DNA of 57,650 nt, from NCBI GenBank assembly GCA_964625655.1, contig CAZVCT010000003.1, forward strand, positions 1-57,650, written 5' to 3'. The notes below the pieces were generated by a model that saw only the letters and a program-made list of their open reading frames with translations, made no database searches and was not told the DNA's origin. Of the stretch, positions 16,927 through 27,882 are shown in pieces. Positions within the stretch are counted from its first letter, which is position 1. Each line of letters opens with the position of its first letter. This DNA comes from an uncultured bacterium (lineage in GTDB: Bacteria > Deinococcota > Deinococci > Deinococcales > Trueperaceae). Position numbers and translations under genes: made by a program.

Positions 16927-19140
16927 TCAGAACTCCACCCCCGGCTGCGTGTAATCGCACACGCCGGTCGGGAAGATCTCCTTCAGCCGCGCCACGTCGA
17001 CGGCGTCCGGCTCCCAGTCGCCGTAGAGGCCCTTGGCGACCGCCTCGTCGACGCTCTGCAGGGCGCACTTGTAGACGTCGCCGGTGATGGGGCCGCCCGC
17101 CACCATGCGCGAGGTCGAGTAGATCTCGAAGCGTTCGGTGCAGGGGCCGGCCGGGCGGTCGTCGAGGATGCCGTCCCAGGCGTCGGCGCCGGCGTAGATC
17201 AGCTGGCCCTGCTCGTCGAAGCAGGCGTCGACGGCGAACTGGGGGCGCGCGTCGGCCACGCTCATGTCGGGGTTGGCGGCCAGGTTGGCCATCCACTCGT
17301 CGATGACCTCGAACGCCATCATCGTCTGGTCGAAGCGGAACTCGCCGGGGATGATGTCGGTGAACCAGATGACCATGTTCTCTTCCGGCGTGCCGGCGTT
17401 GCGCAGGCGCTGGCGGGTGGCGAACGACTGGACCGTGTTGTGCATGTCGAGCTCGCGCTCGCGGTAGTTGCGCCAGTCGATGGTGGGGATGTTCAGCTCG
17501 CCGCGGTAGTAGAGGCCCGAGTTCAGGACGGCCTCGATGGCGCCCGGGTCGGCCTCGGTGCGCGGCGCGGGGGTGCGGCCGTCGGGGCTCAAGTTCATGT
17601 TGCGCGCGCTCCAGGGGTCGAACTGCTGCGGGTCCTGGCAGAGTTCGCCGATGAAGGGGCAGCCCTCCTGCACCATGTCGGCCTGGTCCTTCCAGCCGCC
17701 CACGAAGGCGTTGAGGTCGAGGAACTCCTCGGGCGAGATGTCGCCGTTCACGAGCGCCTGCAGGCCGTACTGCACGCCGACGTTGTCCCAGGTGCTGCGG
17801 GCGTAGCCGTCATCTCTGCGGCCGTAGACGTTGACGGCGTCCTCGAAGTGCGTCCAGTGCGTGCTCATCTGCTGCTCGGGCGTCACGCCGGGGGCGGTGC
17901 CGAAGTGTGGGTTGAGCGCCAGCGGCGAGAGGCCGCGCCAGCCGTTCACGCACTCGGAGAGGCCGGGGGCGCCGCCGAAGTACTCGTTGGGCAGGTCGTT
18001 CCAGGCGGCCATCCCCTCGATGAGGGTGCGCTCCTCCCAGTTCGCCCACCGCGAGGTGGGGTCCTGGGCGACCTTGGCGTCGAACCAGCGCTCGAGCAGC
18101 TCGCAGTCGCCGACGTGGATGGTCTGCGTGGCCATGTCGGGGTAGGAGTACTGCGGGATGGCGGCGTCGAGCAGGGTCGGGTGGTTCTGGGCGTAGACGT
18201 ACTGCTGGATGCCGCCGCCCGAGCCGCCCACTCCGACGGTGTAGTCGGGGATGCCGTAGGCCGTCACGAAGCGGTCCTTGACCATCAGCGCGGTCTCGCC
18301 GCCCAGGATGAGGTCGTAATGCTCGCCCGTCTTGTTGGCCGTCGAGTAGGCGATGGCGTAGCCGCGCTCGAGCAGCGGGGAGACGAGCATGCTGCCGCGG
18401 CTGGGGCCGCCCTGGTAGCGGCCGATGCCCACGCCGCCCTGGAACGAGTAGACGAGGCGGCCGTTCCAGGCGCTCAGGTCGGGCTCTTCCCCGTCCTGCG
18501 AGGCGGGCGACAGCATGGCGATCGAGTAGATGAAGCGGTTGATGGTGCCGCGCTCCCAGCGGACGACGTAGTCGACCTCTGAGCCGTCAGGAAGCTGCAC
18601 CGTCGTCATGTCGTCGGGGCGCGGGCCGGCGGGGTCGTACGGCTGGAAGCCGTCCTCCGCTGCGAAGTAGAGGAAGTCGACGCGCGTCTCTACGCTGCAG
18701 TCGTCGTCCAGCACCTCGCCCAGCATGGCGTTGGCGCGGTGCGAGTCGGTGGCGCACAGGAACGGCTCCTGCTTCGGGCCGGCGAACATCGGGCCCGTGA
18801 TGGGGTGGTTCGTCAGCGTGACGCGCGCGCGGTGGGGCCCCGCGAACGCCGTCACGACGGTGTCGCCCTCGGGCAGGCCGCTTACGACGCCCTCGAGGGC
18901 GTGGCCGTCCGCGACGCGGCCGAAATCGGCGGTCACCTCGCGGGTGCCGACCCAGACGCTGACGTTGTCGAGGCCGATCTCTTCGGGGACGTGGATCAGG
19001 AGCCGCGCGTCGCCACCCGAGACGTACTCGGGCGGGCTCGAGGCGACGTCGATGACGAGCCGCTGGCCGAACGCGGCGCCCAGCAGCGCGAGGGCAGCTA
19101 CGAGCAGGGAGGGGACGAGTAGACGGGAGCGCTGACGCAT
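16927..19140 (-). CDS. Secreted alpha/beta-hydrolase-like protein of unknown specificity (tannase/esterase-like; resembles DUF6351-type proteins)
   Basis: Signal peptide MRQRSRLLVPSLLVAALALLGAAFG. GxSxG-like VGVGGSGGG. 737 aa. SD GGTGGAG upstream of ATG 19140. The family name is from memory only. Confidence 0.55.
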   Translation of the reverse strand: MRQRSRLLVPSLLVAALALLGAAFGQRLVIDVASSPPEYVSGGDARLLIHVPEEIGLDNVSVWVGTREVTADFGRVADGHALEGVVSGLPEGDTVVTAFAGPHRARVTLTNHPITGPMFAGPKQEPFLCATDSHRANAMLGEVLDDDCSVETRVDFLYFAAEDGFQPYDPAGPRPDDMTTVQLPDGSEVDYVVRWERGTINRFIYSIAMLSPASQDGEEPDLSAWNGRLVYSFQGGVGIGRYQGGPSRGSMLVSPLLERGYAIAYSTANKTGEHYDLILGGETALMVKDRFVTAYGIPDYTVGVGGSGGGIQQYVYAQNHPTLLDAAIPQYSYPDMATQTIHVGDCELLERWFDAKVAQDPTSRWANWEERTLIEGMAAWNDLPNEYFGGAPGLSECVNGWRGLSPLALNPHFGTAPGVTPEQQMSTHWTHFEDAVNVYGRRDDGYARSTWDNVGVQYGLQALVNGDISPEEFLDLNAFVGGWKDQADMVQEGCPFIGELCQDPQQFDPWSARNMNLSPDGRTPAPRTEADPGAIEAVLNSGLYYRGELNIPTIDWRNYRERELDMHNTVQSFATRQRLRNAGTPEENMVIWFTDIIPGEFRFDQTMMAFEVIDEWMANLAANPDMSVADARPQFAVDACFDEQGQLIYAGADAWDGILDDRPAGPCTERFEIYSTSRMVAGGPITGDVYKCALQSVDEAVAKGLYGDWEPDAVDVARLKEIFPTGVCDYTQPGVEF

Positions 19141-19277
19141 GTGTCTCCACCTTCCATGAGTTGTGATGTGGCGCCAGTATAGCCGCAGGCCGAATTACGG
19201 GCAGAACGGCCCCCGGTGCGCACCCTTGGCGCCCACGCGGACGCCAGGGAAGGCCGACGTTCGCCTATGCTGCTCGG

Positions 19278-19958
19278 GTGACTTTCGTCGACCTTCTCGT
19301 GTGGATCGGCACCCTGGCCTTCGCTGCCACCGGCGCGCTCATCGCCGTGCGCAAGCGCTACGACCTGATCGGCGTGCTGGTGCTGGCCTCGGTGACGGCC
19401 ATCGGCGGCGGGTCGATCCGCGACGTGGTCGTGGGGGTGCTGCCGCCCTCGAACTTCGTGAACGAGCCGCTGCTGTGGGTGGTGGCCGCCACGGCGCTCG
19501 CGGTCTTCCTGCTGCCGAACAGCCTGAGCGAGGAGAGCCGGCTGCTCTACGGGCTCGATACCATCGGTCTGGCGGTCTTCGCCGCCCTGGGCGCCGAGCA
19601 GGGCCTGGAACACGGCATGGGGATGTGGGGCACCGTCTTCGCCGGCGCCGTGTCGGGCGTGGGCGGCGGGGTGCTGCGCGACGTGCTGTCGGGGAGGATC
19701 CCCGGCATCTTCTACCGCTTCGGCGACTTCTACGCCTCGGCCGCTGCGGTGGGGGCGCTGACCTACTACTTCACGCACGCCATCGACCCCGGGCTGGCGC
19801 TGGGGCTGGGCGTCGTGGCCACGCTGGTGGTCAGGTTCGGCAGCCGCGTCCTGAAGCTGAGGCTGCCCGTGCCCCGGACGCTGGACTACGAGGAGCTCGA
19901 CCCGGAGCAGCCGGTGCGTAGGCGCGTGCCCCTTGGCGAGCAGCGCCCGAAGGACTGA
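19278..19958 (+). CDS. TRIC-like/UPF0126 (YadS/YicG) membrane protein
   Basis: Two internal repeats with GGGSIRDV and GGGVLRDV motifs. GTG start 6 nt behind TATGCT. Confidence 0.8.
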   Translation: MTFVDLLVWIGTLAFAATGALIAVRKRYDLIGVLVLASVTAIGGGSIRDVVVGVLPPSNFVNEPLLWVVAATALAVFLLPNSLSEESRLLYGLDTIGLAVFAALGAEQGLEHGMGMWGTVFAGAVSGVGGGVLRDVLSGRIPGIFYRFGDFYASAAAVGALTYYFTHAIDPGLALGLGVVATLVVRFGSRVLKLRLPVPRTLDYEELDPEQPVRRRVPLGEQRPKD

Positions 19959-20042
19959 CCCGAAAACCGCCCGGAAGGTCCCGCGGAAGGCCCCGCGGAA
20001 GACCGCGCGGAAGACGGCCCGGACGCCCTGCCGGAAGACTCA
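19959..20042. repeat. 12-bp tandem repeat, 7 copies, core (C/G)CGGAAG
   Basis: cccgaaaaccgc ccggaaggtccc gcggaaggcccc gcggaagaccgc gcggaagacggc ccggacgccctg ccggaagactca. Lies between convergent stops at 19958 and 20063. Confidence 0.85.
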
Positions 20043-20062
20043 CCAGCGAACCGCCTGAAGGC

Positions 20063-20509
20063 TCAGAAGACGAGGCCGACGAGCCACCAGGCGAGGCCGT
20101 ACGCCGCGGCGCCGAGGATGGTGGAGACCGCGACGTCCCGGCGCCACAGGTAGGCGCCCAGCGTGGCGGCCACCCCTAACGCGGCCGTAACCCAGCTGGC
20201 TAGGCGCGGGCCCAGGTTGCCGGGCCAGGCATCCGGATGGCCGGCCGGATCGGCAGCCAGCACTTCCGCAGCGACCGGCGGCTCCAGTACCCCCACCAGG
20301 GACGCCACCAGCAGCGCCGTCACGGCCGCGATGCCGACGCTGCCGAGGAAGCGGCCCAGGAAACTGCCTAGGAACCTGCCCAGGAAAGCGCCTAGCGGCC
20401 CGCGCAGTTGCGGCCGCGCCGCGCCCTTCCCGAGGCGCGTGGGCAGGTAGCGGAACAGGTACGTTCCGACACCCACTGCCAGGCAGACGAACAGCAGCTC
20501 GCTCCTCAT
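20063..20509 (-). CDS. azlD: AzlD-family branched-chain amino acid transport protein with an inserted FLG repeat
   Basis: ATG 20509 forms an ATGA overlap with the azlC stop. MRSELLFVCLAVGVGTYLFRYLP is a typical AzlD N-terminus. The insert LGAFLGRFLGSFLGRFLGS is encoded by 12-bp repeats at 20342-20401. Confidence 0.75.
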   Translation of the reverse strand: MRSELLFVCLAVGVGTYLFRYLPTRLGKGAARPQLRGPLGAFLGRFLGSFLGRFLGSVGIAAVTALLVASLVGVLEPPVAAEVLAADPAGHPDAWPGNLGPRLASWVTAALGVAATLGAYLWRRDVAVSTILGAAAYGLAWWLVGLVF

Positions 20510-21213
20510 GGCGCGCCTTGGCTCCTCTCCGGCAGCAGCGCCCCGCCCAGACCACCGAGCAGCATCCCCAGCAGCACGCCGGTGCTCGTCGACCAGAGCG
20601 CCGCCCCCAGCAGGAAGCCGCCTGCCGCGGCCGCTACCGCCAGCGTGTGGCGCCGCTCGAACATCGCCAGCAGCAGTGAAAGGAACAGCGCGGGCAGCAG
20701 GAAGCCGAGGGAAGCGTTCAGTACGGGGAAGCGCTCCAGCGCGCCGCCGCCGAGAGCCGCGCCGACCACCGTGCCGGAAACCCAGGCGGCGTAGGCTCCC
20801 AGGCCCAGGCCCGTCTGCCACCGCTCGCTCCACGGCGCGCCGGCGGGCGCCACCTTGCCTAGCGCCGTGGCGAACACCTCGTCCGTGAGCCCGAACGACC
20901 AGAGCCAGGCTTGGCGCGTGGCGGCGCGCTCCCCCAGGGCGCGCAGCAGGGCGGGGGCGTAAAGAACATGGCGGGCGTTCATGGCCAGTAGCGACAGGAT
21001 CGCCAGGAGGGGCGAGGCGCCGCCGGCCAGCAGCGCCAGCGCGAGGAACTGGCTGGCGCCGGCGTAGATGACGAGCGACATGAAGGCGGCCTCGGCGAGG
21101 GTGAAGCCCGCCCGGCCGGCCGCCACCCCGAACGACACGGCAACGGGGAAGTAGGCTAGCGCGATGGGTGCGCTGGCCACGAGGCCGGTCGAGAAGCGAG
21201 GGGGCGCCTGCAT
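20506..21213 (-). CDS. azlC: AzlC-family branched-chain amino acid permease component
   Basis: Track ORF 20506..21222 (TTG). ATG 21213 is preferred. Motifs FGVAAGRAGF, YAGASQF, LTDEVFA. Confidence 0.8.
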   Translation of the reverse strand: MQAPPRFSTGLVASAPIALAYFPVAVSFGVAAGRAGFTLAEAAFMSLVIYAGASQFLALALLAGGASPLLAILSLLAMNARHVLYAPALLRALGERAATRQAWLWSFGLTDEVFATALGKVAPAGAPWSERWQTGLGLGAYAAWVSGTVVGAALGGGALERFPVLNASLGFLLPALFLSLLLAMFERRHTLAVAAAAGGFLLGAALWSTSTGVLLGMLLGGLGGALLPERSQGAP

Positions 21214-21329
21214 GGCCGGCAAGCGTAACGCCGGGGCGGGCGAGTTGTAATGCCTTATTTTCTAAGGTATCCTGATCCTCTCGCCGTAACCCCACATCTC
21301 GCGTCCAGCACGCGAACCCGGAGGCCAGC

Positions 21330-21803
21330 ATGTCCGATGGAGCCAGCTTCGTCTCGTCCGCCCACGCCCTCGAGTACCTTCTGGGCCACCGCCGCCTGAC
21401 GCGCCGGATGATCGAGGCGTTCCCCGAGGAGCACCTCTTCAGCTACTCGCTGGCAGGCTTGCGGCCCTTCGGCGAGATGGTCGGGGAGCTGCTCAACCTG
21501 GGCGCACCGATGGTCGAGGGCGCGGCCACGGGCAGCTGGGCGGAGTTCGGCAGCGTTACGCAGCCCACCACGAAGGCCGAACTGCTGGCGCGCTGGGACG
21601 AGGACACCCGCCGCATCGAGCAGGTATGGCCCACCATCTCGGAAGAGCGTTTCGCCCAGGAGGACGTGGCGTTCGGCTTCTTCCGCGACAAGGTGTGGTC
21701 GCTGCTGCAGTACGCCGTCGACAACGAGATCCACCACCGCGGCCAGGGCTACGTCTACCTGCGTTCGCTCGGGACGGAGCCGCCGGCCTTCTACGAACGC
21801 TGA
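21330..21803 (+). CDS. DinB-family (damage-inducible, four-helix bundle) protein
   Basis: 157 aa. SD GGAGG upstream. C-terminal NEIHHRGQ metal-binding motif. Confidence 0.8.
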   Translation: MSDGASFVSSAHALEYLLGHRRLTRRMIEAFPEEHLFSYSLAGLRPFGEMVGELLNLGAPMVEGAATGSWAEFGSVTQPTTKAELLARWDEDTRRIEQVWPTISEERFAQEDVAFGFFRDKVWSLLQYAVDNEIHHRGQGYVYLRSLGTEPPAFYER

Positions 21804-21832
21804 GCAGCCGGCGGGTCCGGTAGCATCTGCTG

Positions 21833-23553
<1,721 letters not shown>

Positions 23554-23581
<28 letters not shown>

Positions 23582-26019
23582 CTGCCTTCGAGCCGCCTGA
23601 CGCGCGCCCGCGCCACCGCCAGGCGCGGGTCGCCGGGGCCCAGCACCTCGGCCGCTGCCTCCCAGGTCTCCAGGTCGTCCCCCAGGCGCTCGGCCAGGTC
23701 GCATAGCGCGTCGGCGTCGCGCGACTGGAGCACGGCCTGGCGAAGTTCCTCCTCGAGCCCCTCGCGCTCTTCGATCACGCCGGGCGCCTCGCTGAGGGGC
23801 AGCAGCGGCTGCCGGTAGAGGCCCACCGCCTGGCGCACGCTTTGGGCGGCTAGGTGCTCGCGCAGCTGCACCACGTCCGCGTCGAACGGCGTGGTGAAGC
23901 GGTAAGGCGCGTCGCTGACGGGCAGCAGCGAGCGCACCCGCGTCATCATCCCGCGCATGCCGCCCGAGGTGAAGGGCGCCTTGTCGTCGGGCGTCAGGAA
24001 GGCGTTCAGGGCGTCCCTGCCGATGCCTTCCGGGTGGAGCGCCAGCGCGAGGGCGACCTCGGCCACGCGCTGCGGCAGCTTGACCTCGGCCCCCTCGTGG
24101 ACGGCCACGACCTCACCCGTCAGGAAACGAACCGACAGCGCCGCCTGGCGCCGGTCGAGCGAGCGCCAGATGGCCACGAAGCGCGCCTCGGGGCCGCTCA
24201 GGACTCGCAGGCCCGTGGGATGGAGCTGCGCCAGCAACCGGGCCGTCTCGGGCGTCAGACGCGAAGCGCCGCCGTCGACGGCGAGAAGGTAGTAGAGGGC
24301 CGCCATGAGCCGCTGGTCAGCCAGCAGATCGGGATCGAGCAGGGCCGTCTGCAGGTCGTCGCCCGCGTCCGGCCTGCCGGCGAGCGCCCCGACCATGCCC
24401 CGCGCCAGCGCAGCCAGCGAGCGCTCGACCGAGACGCCGCTCGCCGCCAGCTCGGTGACGTCGGCGGCGACGCGCTCCGCCTGCTCTACGAAGCCCAGCT
24501 CGAGTAGGCCACGGACGAACTGGTAGCCGTGGCGCGCGCGCCCTTTGCGGGGGCTGGCCTGGTAGTTCGCGCGCAGCAGCTCTAGCGCCGCCTCCGGCCG
24601 CGCTTCACCCAGCTCGAGCCACGCGAGGGTGCTGCGGAGCAGCGCTGCGTGCTGCGGCAGGCTGCCTTCGGCCAGCACCTGGGCGTCCTCCAGCATGCGC
24701 CTGAGCCCCACGAGGTCGCCGGTCAGGATGCGCGCCACCGCCAGGTCGTTCACGACCTGCAGGCGGCGGGTGCCTTCGGCGACCTCCCCGCGGTCGAACA
24801 GGTCGAGGGTCCAGCGCGCCCAGCTCGCAGCCTCGGTGTACTCGCCGGCCTGCACGAGGCGCGCGACGAGCATGCCGGCGTTGCGCACCACGTCGTAGCG
24901 GCTGCCGTGCTCCTCTGCAAGCTCGACGGCCTCGCGCAGCAGCTGCGTGGCGGTGCCGTGGTCGGGGTGCAGGCGGCCCAGCTGCCAGAGGGTGAGGGCG
25001 GTGCGCTGCGCCTCGGCGGCCTGCCGCGCGAACTCGAAGCCCTGCTCGCGCTTCATCGCGCCGGCGCGCCGCGCCCGCAGCGCAGGAGCGACGTGGACCG
25101 AGAGGTAGGCGTCGACGTCGGGAAGCACCGAGGCCCTGTCGCCGGCGGCGAAGGCGGCCACCAGGCGCCACTCGAGCACGCGTTCGCCGTGGGAGTACTC
25201 CTCGGGGAGCGCCGACAGCAGCAGGTGGAGCCGCTCGAGCAGCCCCTCCTCCTGGTAGCGGGGACCCGCCTGCCGCAAGAGTCCCTCGACCTGCTCGGGG
25301 GCGGCCATGACGGCCAGCTCGAGCGCGCCGACGAGGTCGCCTTCGCGCCTGAGCGCCTGCACGGCCAGGCCCGGCTCGACGAACTGCGCTTCGCTCTCGA
25401 GGAGCTGGGTCCCGGTGGCGCCGGGAAGGGCGGGGGGCGGCAGGCCGGCGGCGGCGTTGCCGGCAGCAAGCAACGGGGTGAAGCGGCCCTCGGTTGAGCG
25501 CCAGAGGGCCTCTACCGCGGCCTCTTCGAGGGCGCGCGGCAGCATCGCGCTCGCCTCGGCGGCCTGCACACGCAGGCGCTCGGGACCCACGTGAACGCAG
25601 CGCTCGAGGAGGGAGGGGGGCGCAGAGCGCTCGCCGCGCAGGTCCAGAAGGACGGAGTAGCCGTCGTGCGCGAGGTCTAGCAAGGCGGGTAGCAGGCCTT
25701 CGTCGGGTTGATCGGTGCTGACCGCCAGCCAGAGCGGCTGGAGTTCGGAGCGGTAGAGCCTCAGCGCGCTCAGTTGGCTGCGGTACGGCAGCGCCATGCC
25801 GAGCAAGGGGCTGGGGAGCGTGGCGTTGACGGCGCGCGCGATGGCGTTCCCCTGCGCGACCGCGTCTCCGGCAGCGCGCGGCCCGAGATCGAACCAGGCG
25901 ACCGGCGCGTGGGCGCGCAACCCTTCGATCAGGAAGGGGACCCCGAACTCCTCACCGCCGGTCAGGACGATGGGACGCTCGGAGGCCAGTAGTTCGTCGA
26001 CCAGCCTCGGCAACCACAC
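23554..26019 (-). CDS. Large regulator: degenerate NTPase-like N-domain, helical/TPR-like repeats, and a C-terminal SARP-type wHTH plus BTAD
   Basis: GTG 26019, 6 nt behind TATCCT. N-terminus IVLTGGEEFG has no P-loop lysine. C-terminus: LSVRFLTGEVVAVHEGAEVKLPQRVAEVALALALHPEGIGRDAL (OmpR/SARP-like), followed by a BTAD-like helical region. Its 3' end overlaps the convergent ABC gene by 28 nt. Confidence 0.7.
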
Positions 26020-26057
26020 GGCTCAAGGATAGCCGCGCAGCACGAGGCTGCGGGGGT

Positions 26058-26249
26058 TCAGCTGGGCAGGAGCCCGCCGGTCCTGGGCAGCTGCCCGCTC
26101 GACGGGCGCCTGGAGCCGCCCTGGGGTCGTTCCTCACGGATCTCCGCCACTGCCGCGAGGATCCGCGGGTCGCGCACCAGCACCCGGCCACCCACCAGCG
26201 TGAACTCCGTGCTGCTCTTCAGCCTGCGCATCGCTTCTGCTCTGTCCAT
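26058..26249 (-). CDS. Small hypothetical protein (63 aa)
   Basis: High GC3. GGGGGA lies 7 nt upstream of ATG 26249. No recognisable motif. Confidence 0.35.
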   Translation of the reverse strand: MDRAEAMRRLKSSTEFTLVGGRVLVRDPRILAAVAEIREERPQGGSRRPSSGQLPRTGGLLPS

Positions 26250-26432
26250 CTTCCGTTCCCCCTTCGGCCCGCTATTGCCTCGGCCCTGCGCTGTTCGGAA
26301 GTGAGGCTAAGGGTGAGCGCGCTTCAAACGCGCTCCACCATCACGGCGCCACGGGGCGGAAAGTGATGAAGCGGGTTTGAAGCGCCCTCGGGAATACCGT
26401 TCCCATCAAAGAACCGGAGGAACGGACCCCTT

Positions 26433-26582
26433 ATGAAGAACCTCAAGAACATCATCCTCGGCACCCTTCTCACCTTCAGCCTCGGCGCATTCGCCGTCGG
26501 CGCCTACGCCTCCATCGACAGCGGAAGCACCACGCTGATCGCCGACGTCAGCAACCAGTACGACGAAGACGACGTCGGCTGA
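26433..26582 (+). CDS. 49-aa secreted peptide precursor (not in the ORF track)
   Basis: GGAGGA lies 8 nt upstream of the ATG. MKNLKNIILGTLLTFSLGAFAVGAYA|SIDSGSTTLIADVSNQYDEDDVG: a classic signal peptide with AYA cleavage motif and an acidic 23-aa tail. Third codon positions are almost all C/G although overall GC is lower. Confidence 0.6.
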   Translation: MKNLKNIILGTLLTFSLGAFAVGAYASIDSGSTTLIADVSNQYDEDDVG

Positions 26583-26686
26583 GCCCGCTCGGGCGCACCT
26601 CAACCAAGCAACTCCCCGATCCGGCCCGGTGCCAACCCATCAGCCGGGCGCACGCCTACTAGTTCCGAAGGTTGACCCTCCCCCGA

Positions 26687-27529
26687 ATGAGACCAGCACA
26701 GCCGCAGGAAGCCTTGACGCCGCGACTCGACGAGTTGCGCTTCCTCTACCAGCCCATCGTCTCCCTGACGGGCGGCGAGGGGTGGTCCGAAGCGCTGGTG
26801 CGTTGGCAGCTGCAGGACGGCACCGTGAGGGGCCCGCTCGACATCCTGCCGCACTGGTTCGCCCCCACACGGCTCGACAGGTTCACGAGCTTCACGCTCG
26901 ACCGCGCGGCCCGCGCCGTGGCCGCGAACCCTGGCGCGCGTGTGTCGGTGAACCTGAGCCCAGCGCAGGTGCTGCTCCGCGGGACGCTCACGCTCTTCGA
27001 GGGGATGCTTCCGGCCGTCCGGTCACGGCTGCACATAGAGCTCACCGAGCAGGTCTACGCGGACGGTGGCGCTTTAGCCACGCGCCTGCGGCTGCTTCGG
27101 AAGCGCTGCGGCATCGTGCTGCTCGACGACGTGACGCCGGCCGATCTCGAGACGCGCCTCCGGTACGACACCGTCGTGGACGGCGTGAAAGTCGACCGCA
27201 GCGTGGTGGCGGCGCTCCTGGAGAAGGATGGGCTCGACGGCCTGGGCCGCAGCAGCGCGCGGCGCTTCCTCCGCGAGGCCGTGGCGCGCTTCGAGGTCGT
27301 GGTGGCCGAAGGGATAGAGGATCCGAACGCATGCGAGGAGCTTGCGGCACTTGGCGTCAGCCACGTGCAAGGGTTCGGGATCGCAAGACCCGGACCCGAG
27401 CTGCGTTCGGAAGCGGCCGTCGACGCACTGGCGCCCTTCCCGGCGGGAGCACTCCCAGCCAGGAAAGACAGCCGAACCGACGGGAACGACATGCCCGTCA
27501 GCGGACCGCCGATCGGCTGGTCGCGCTGA
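26687..27529 (+). CDS. Stand-alone EAL-domain c-di-GMP phosphodiesterase
   Basis: Track ORF starts at TTG 26672; ATG 26687 is preferred. Motifs YQPIV, EALVRW, VNLS, IELTE, LLDDV, KVDRS, AEGIED and VQGF are all present. Confidence 0.85.
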   Translation: MRPAQPQEALTPRLDELRFLYQPIVSLTGGEGWSEALVRWQLQDGTVRGPLDILPHWFAPTRLDRFTSFTLDRAARAVAANPGARVSVNLSPAQVLLRGTLTLFEGMLPAVRSRLHIELTEQVYADGGALATRLRLLRKRCGIVLLDDVTPADLETRLRYDTVVDGVKVDRSVVAALLEKDGLDGLGRSSARRFLREAVARFEVVVAEGIEDPNACEELAALGVSHVQGFGIARPGPELRSEAAVDALAPFPAGALPARKDSRTDGNDMPVSGPPIGWSR

Positions 27530-27835
27530 CCGCTCCGCTACGGGCGAGCGCCTGGGCGCGAGGCATGTGGGTCAAAGAGAGGGCGTTGGTGGGAAGCGAG
27601 AAGCTCCCAGCAGCGAAGGAGCGGTAAGCGGGCGCCCGCGAACGCTCCGATTAGGCCGCCCAGAGCGGTCCGGTCCGGGGGGACCAACGAGAAGCCGGGC
27701 CGCGGTATCGAACCGCGGCCCGCCTTCGTTCGCGTTCACTGGAAGCGCGTGGGCGCCGCTATATCAGGGCGGCGCCGCACCCCGTTCCCTGTTTCCGCGC
27801 GAGCCGGCAGAGACGCTGGGCGCCTCCCAGCACCG

Positions 27836-27844
27836 TGGTAAAGT
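27836..27844 (+). promoter_or_regulatory. Extended -10 promoter (TGgTAAAGT) for the peptide importer operon
   Basis: TGGTAAAGT lies 39 nt upstream of GTG 27883. GGTGG SD lies 7 nt before the start. Confidence 0.4.
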
Positions 27845-27882
27845 GAACTCCGACACACAAACGGAAGGCTGGTGGTTGGCAC

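Noticed and set aside
27696-27722. tRNA-like T-arm on the minus strand (GGTTCGATACC)
   Set aside because: The stem is 9-10 bp rather than 5 bp. No matching acceptor 5' strand, anticodon arm or D-arm can be built in the flanking sequence. I treat it as a plain hairpin.
27530-27882. Known riboswitch (cobalamin, c-di-GMP, TPP) upstream of the importer or near the EAL gene
   Set aside because: I could not find the B12 box (GCCACTG-type), the GEMM motifs or the TPP CUGAGA core. The predicted promoter also lies downstream of the structured part. Only an Rfam scan could settle this.
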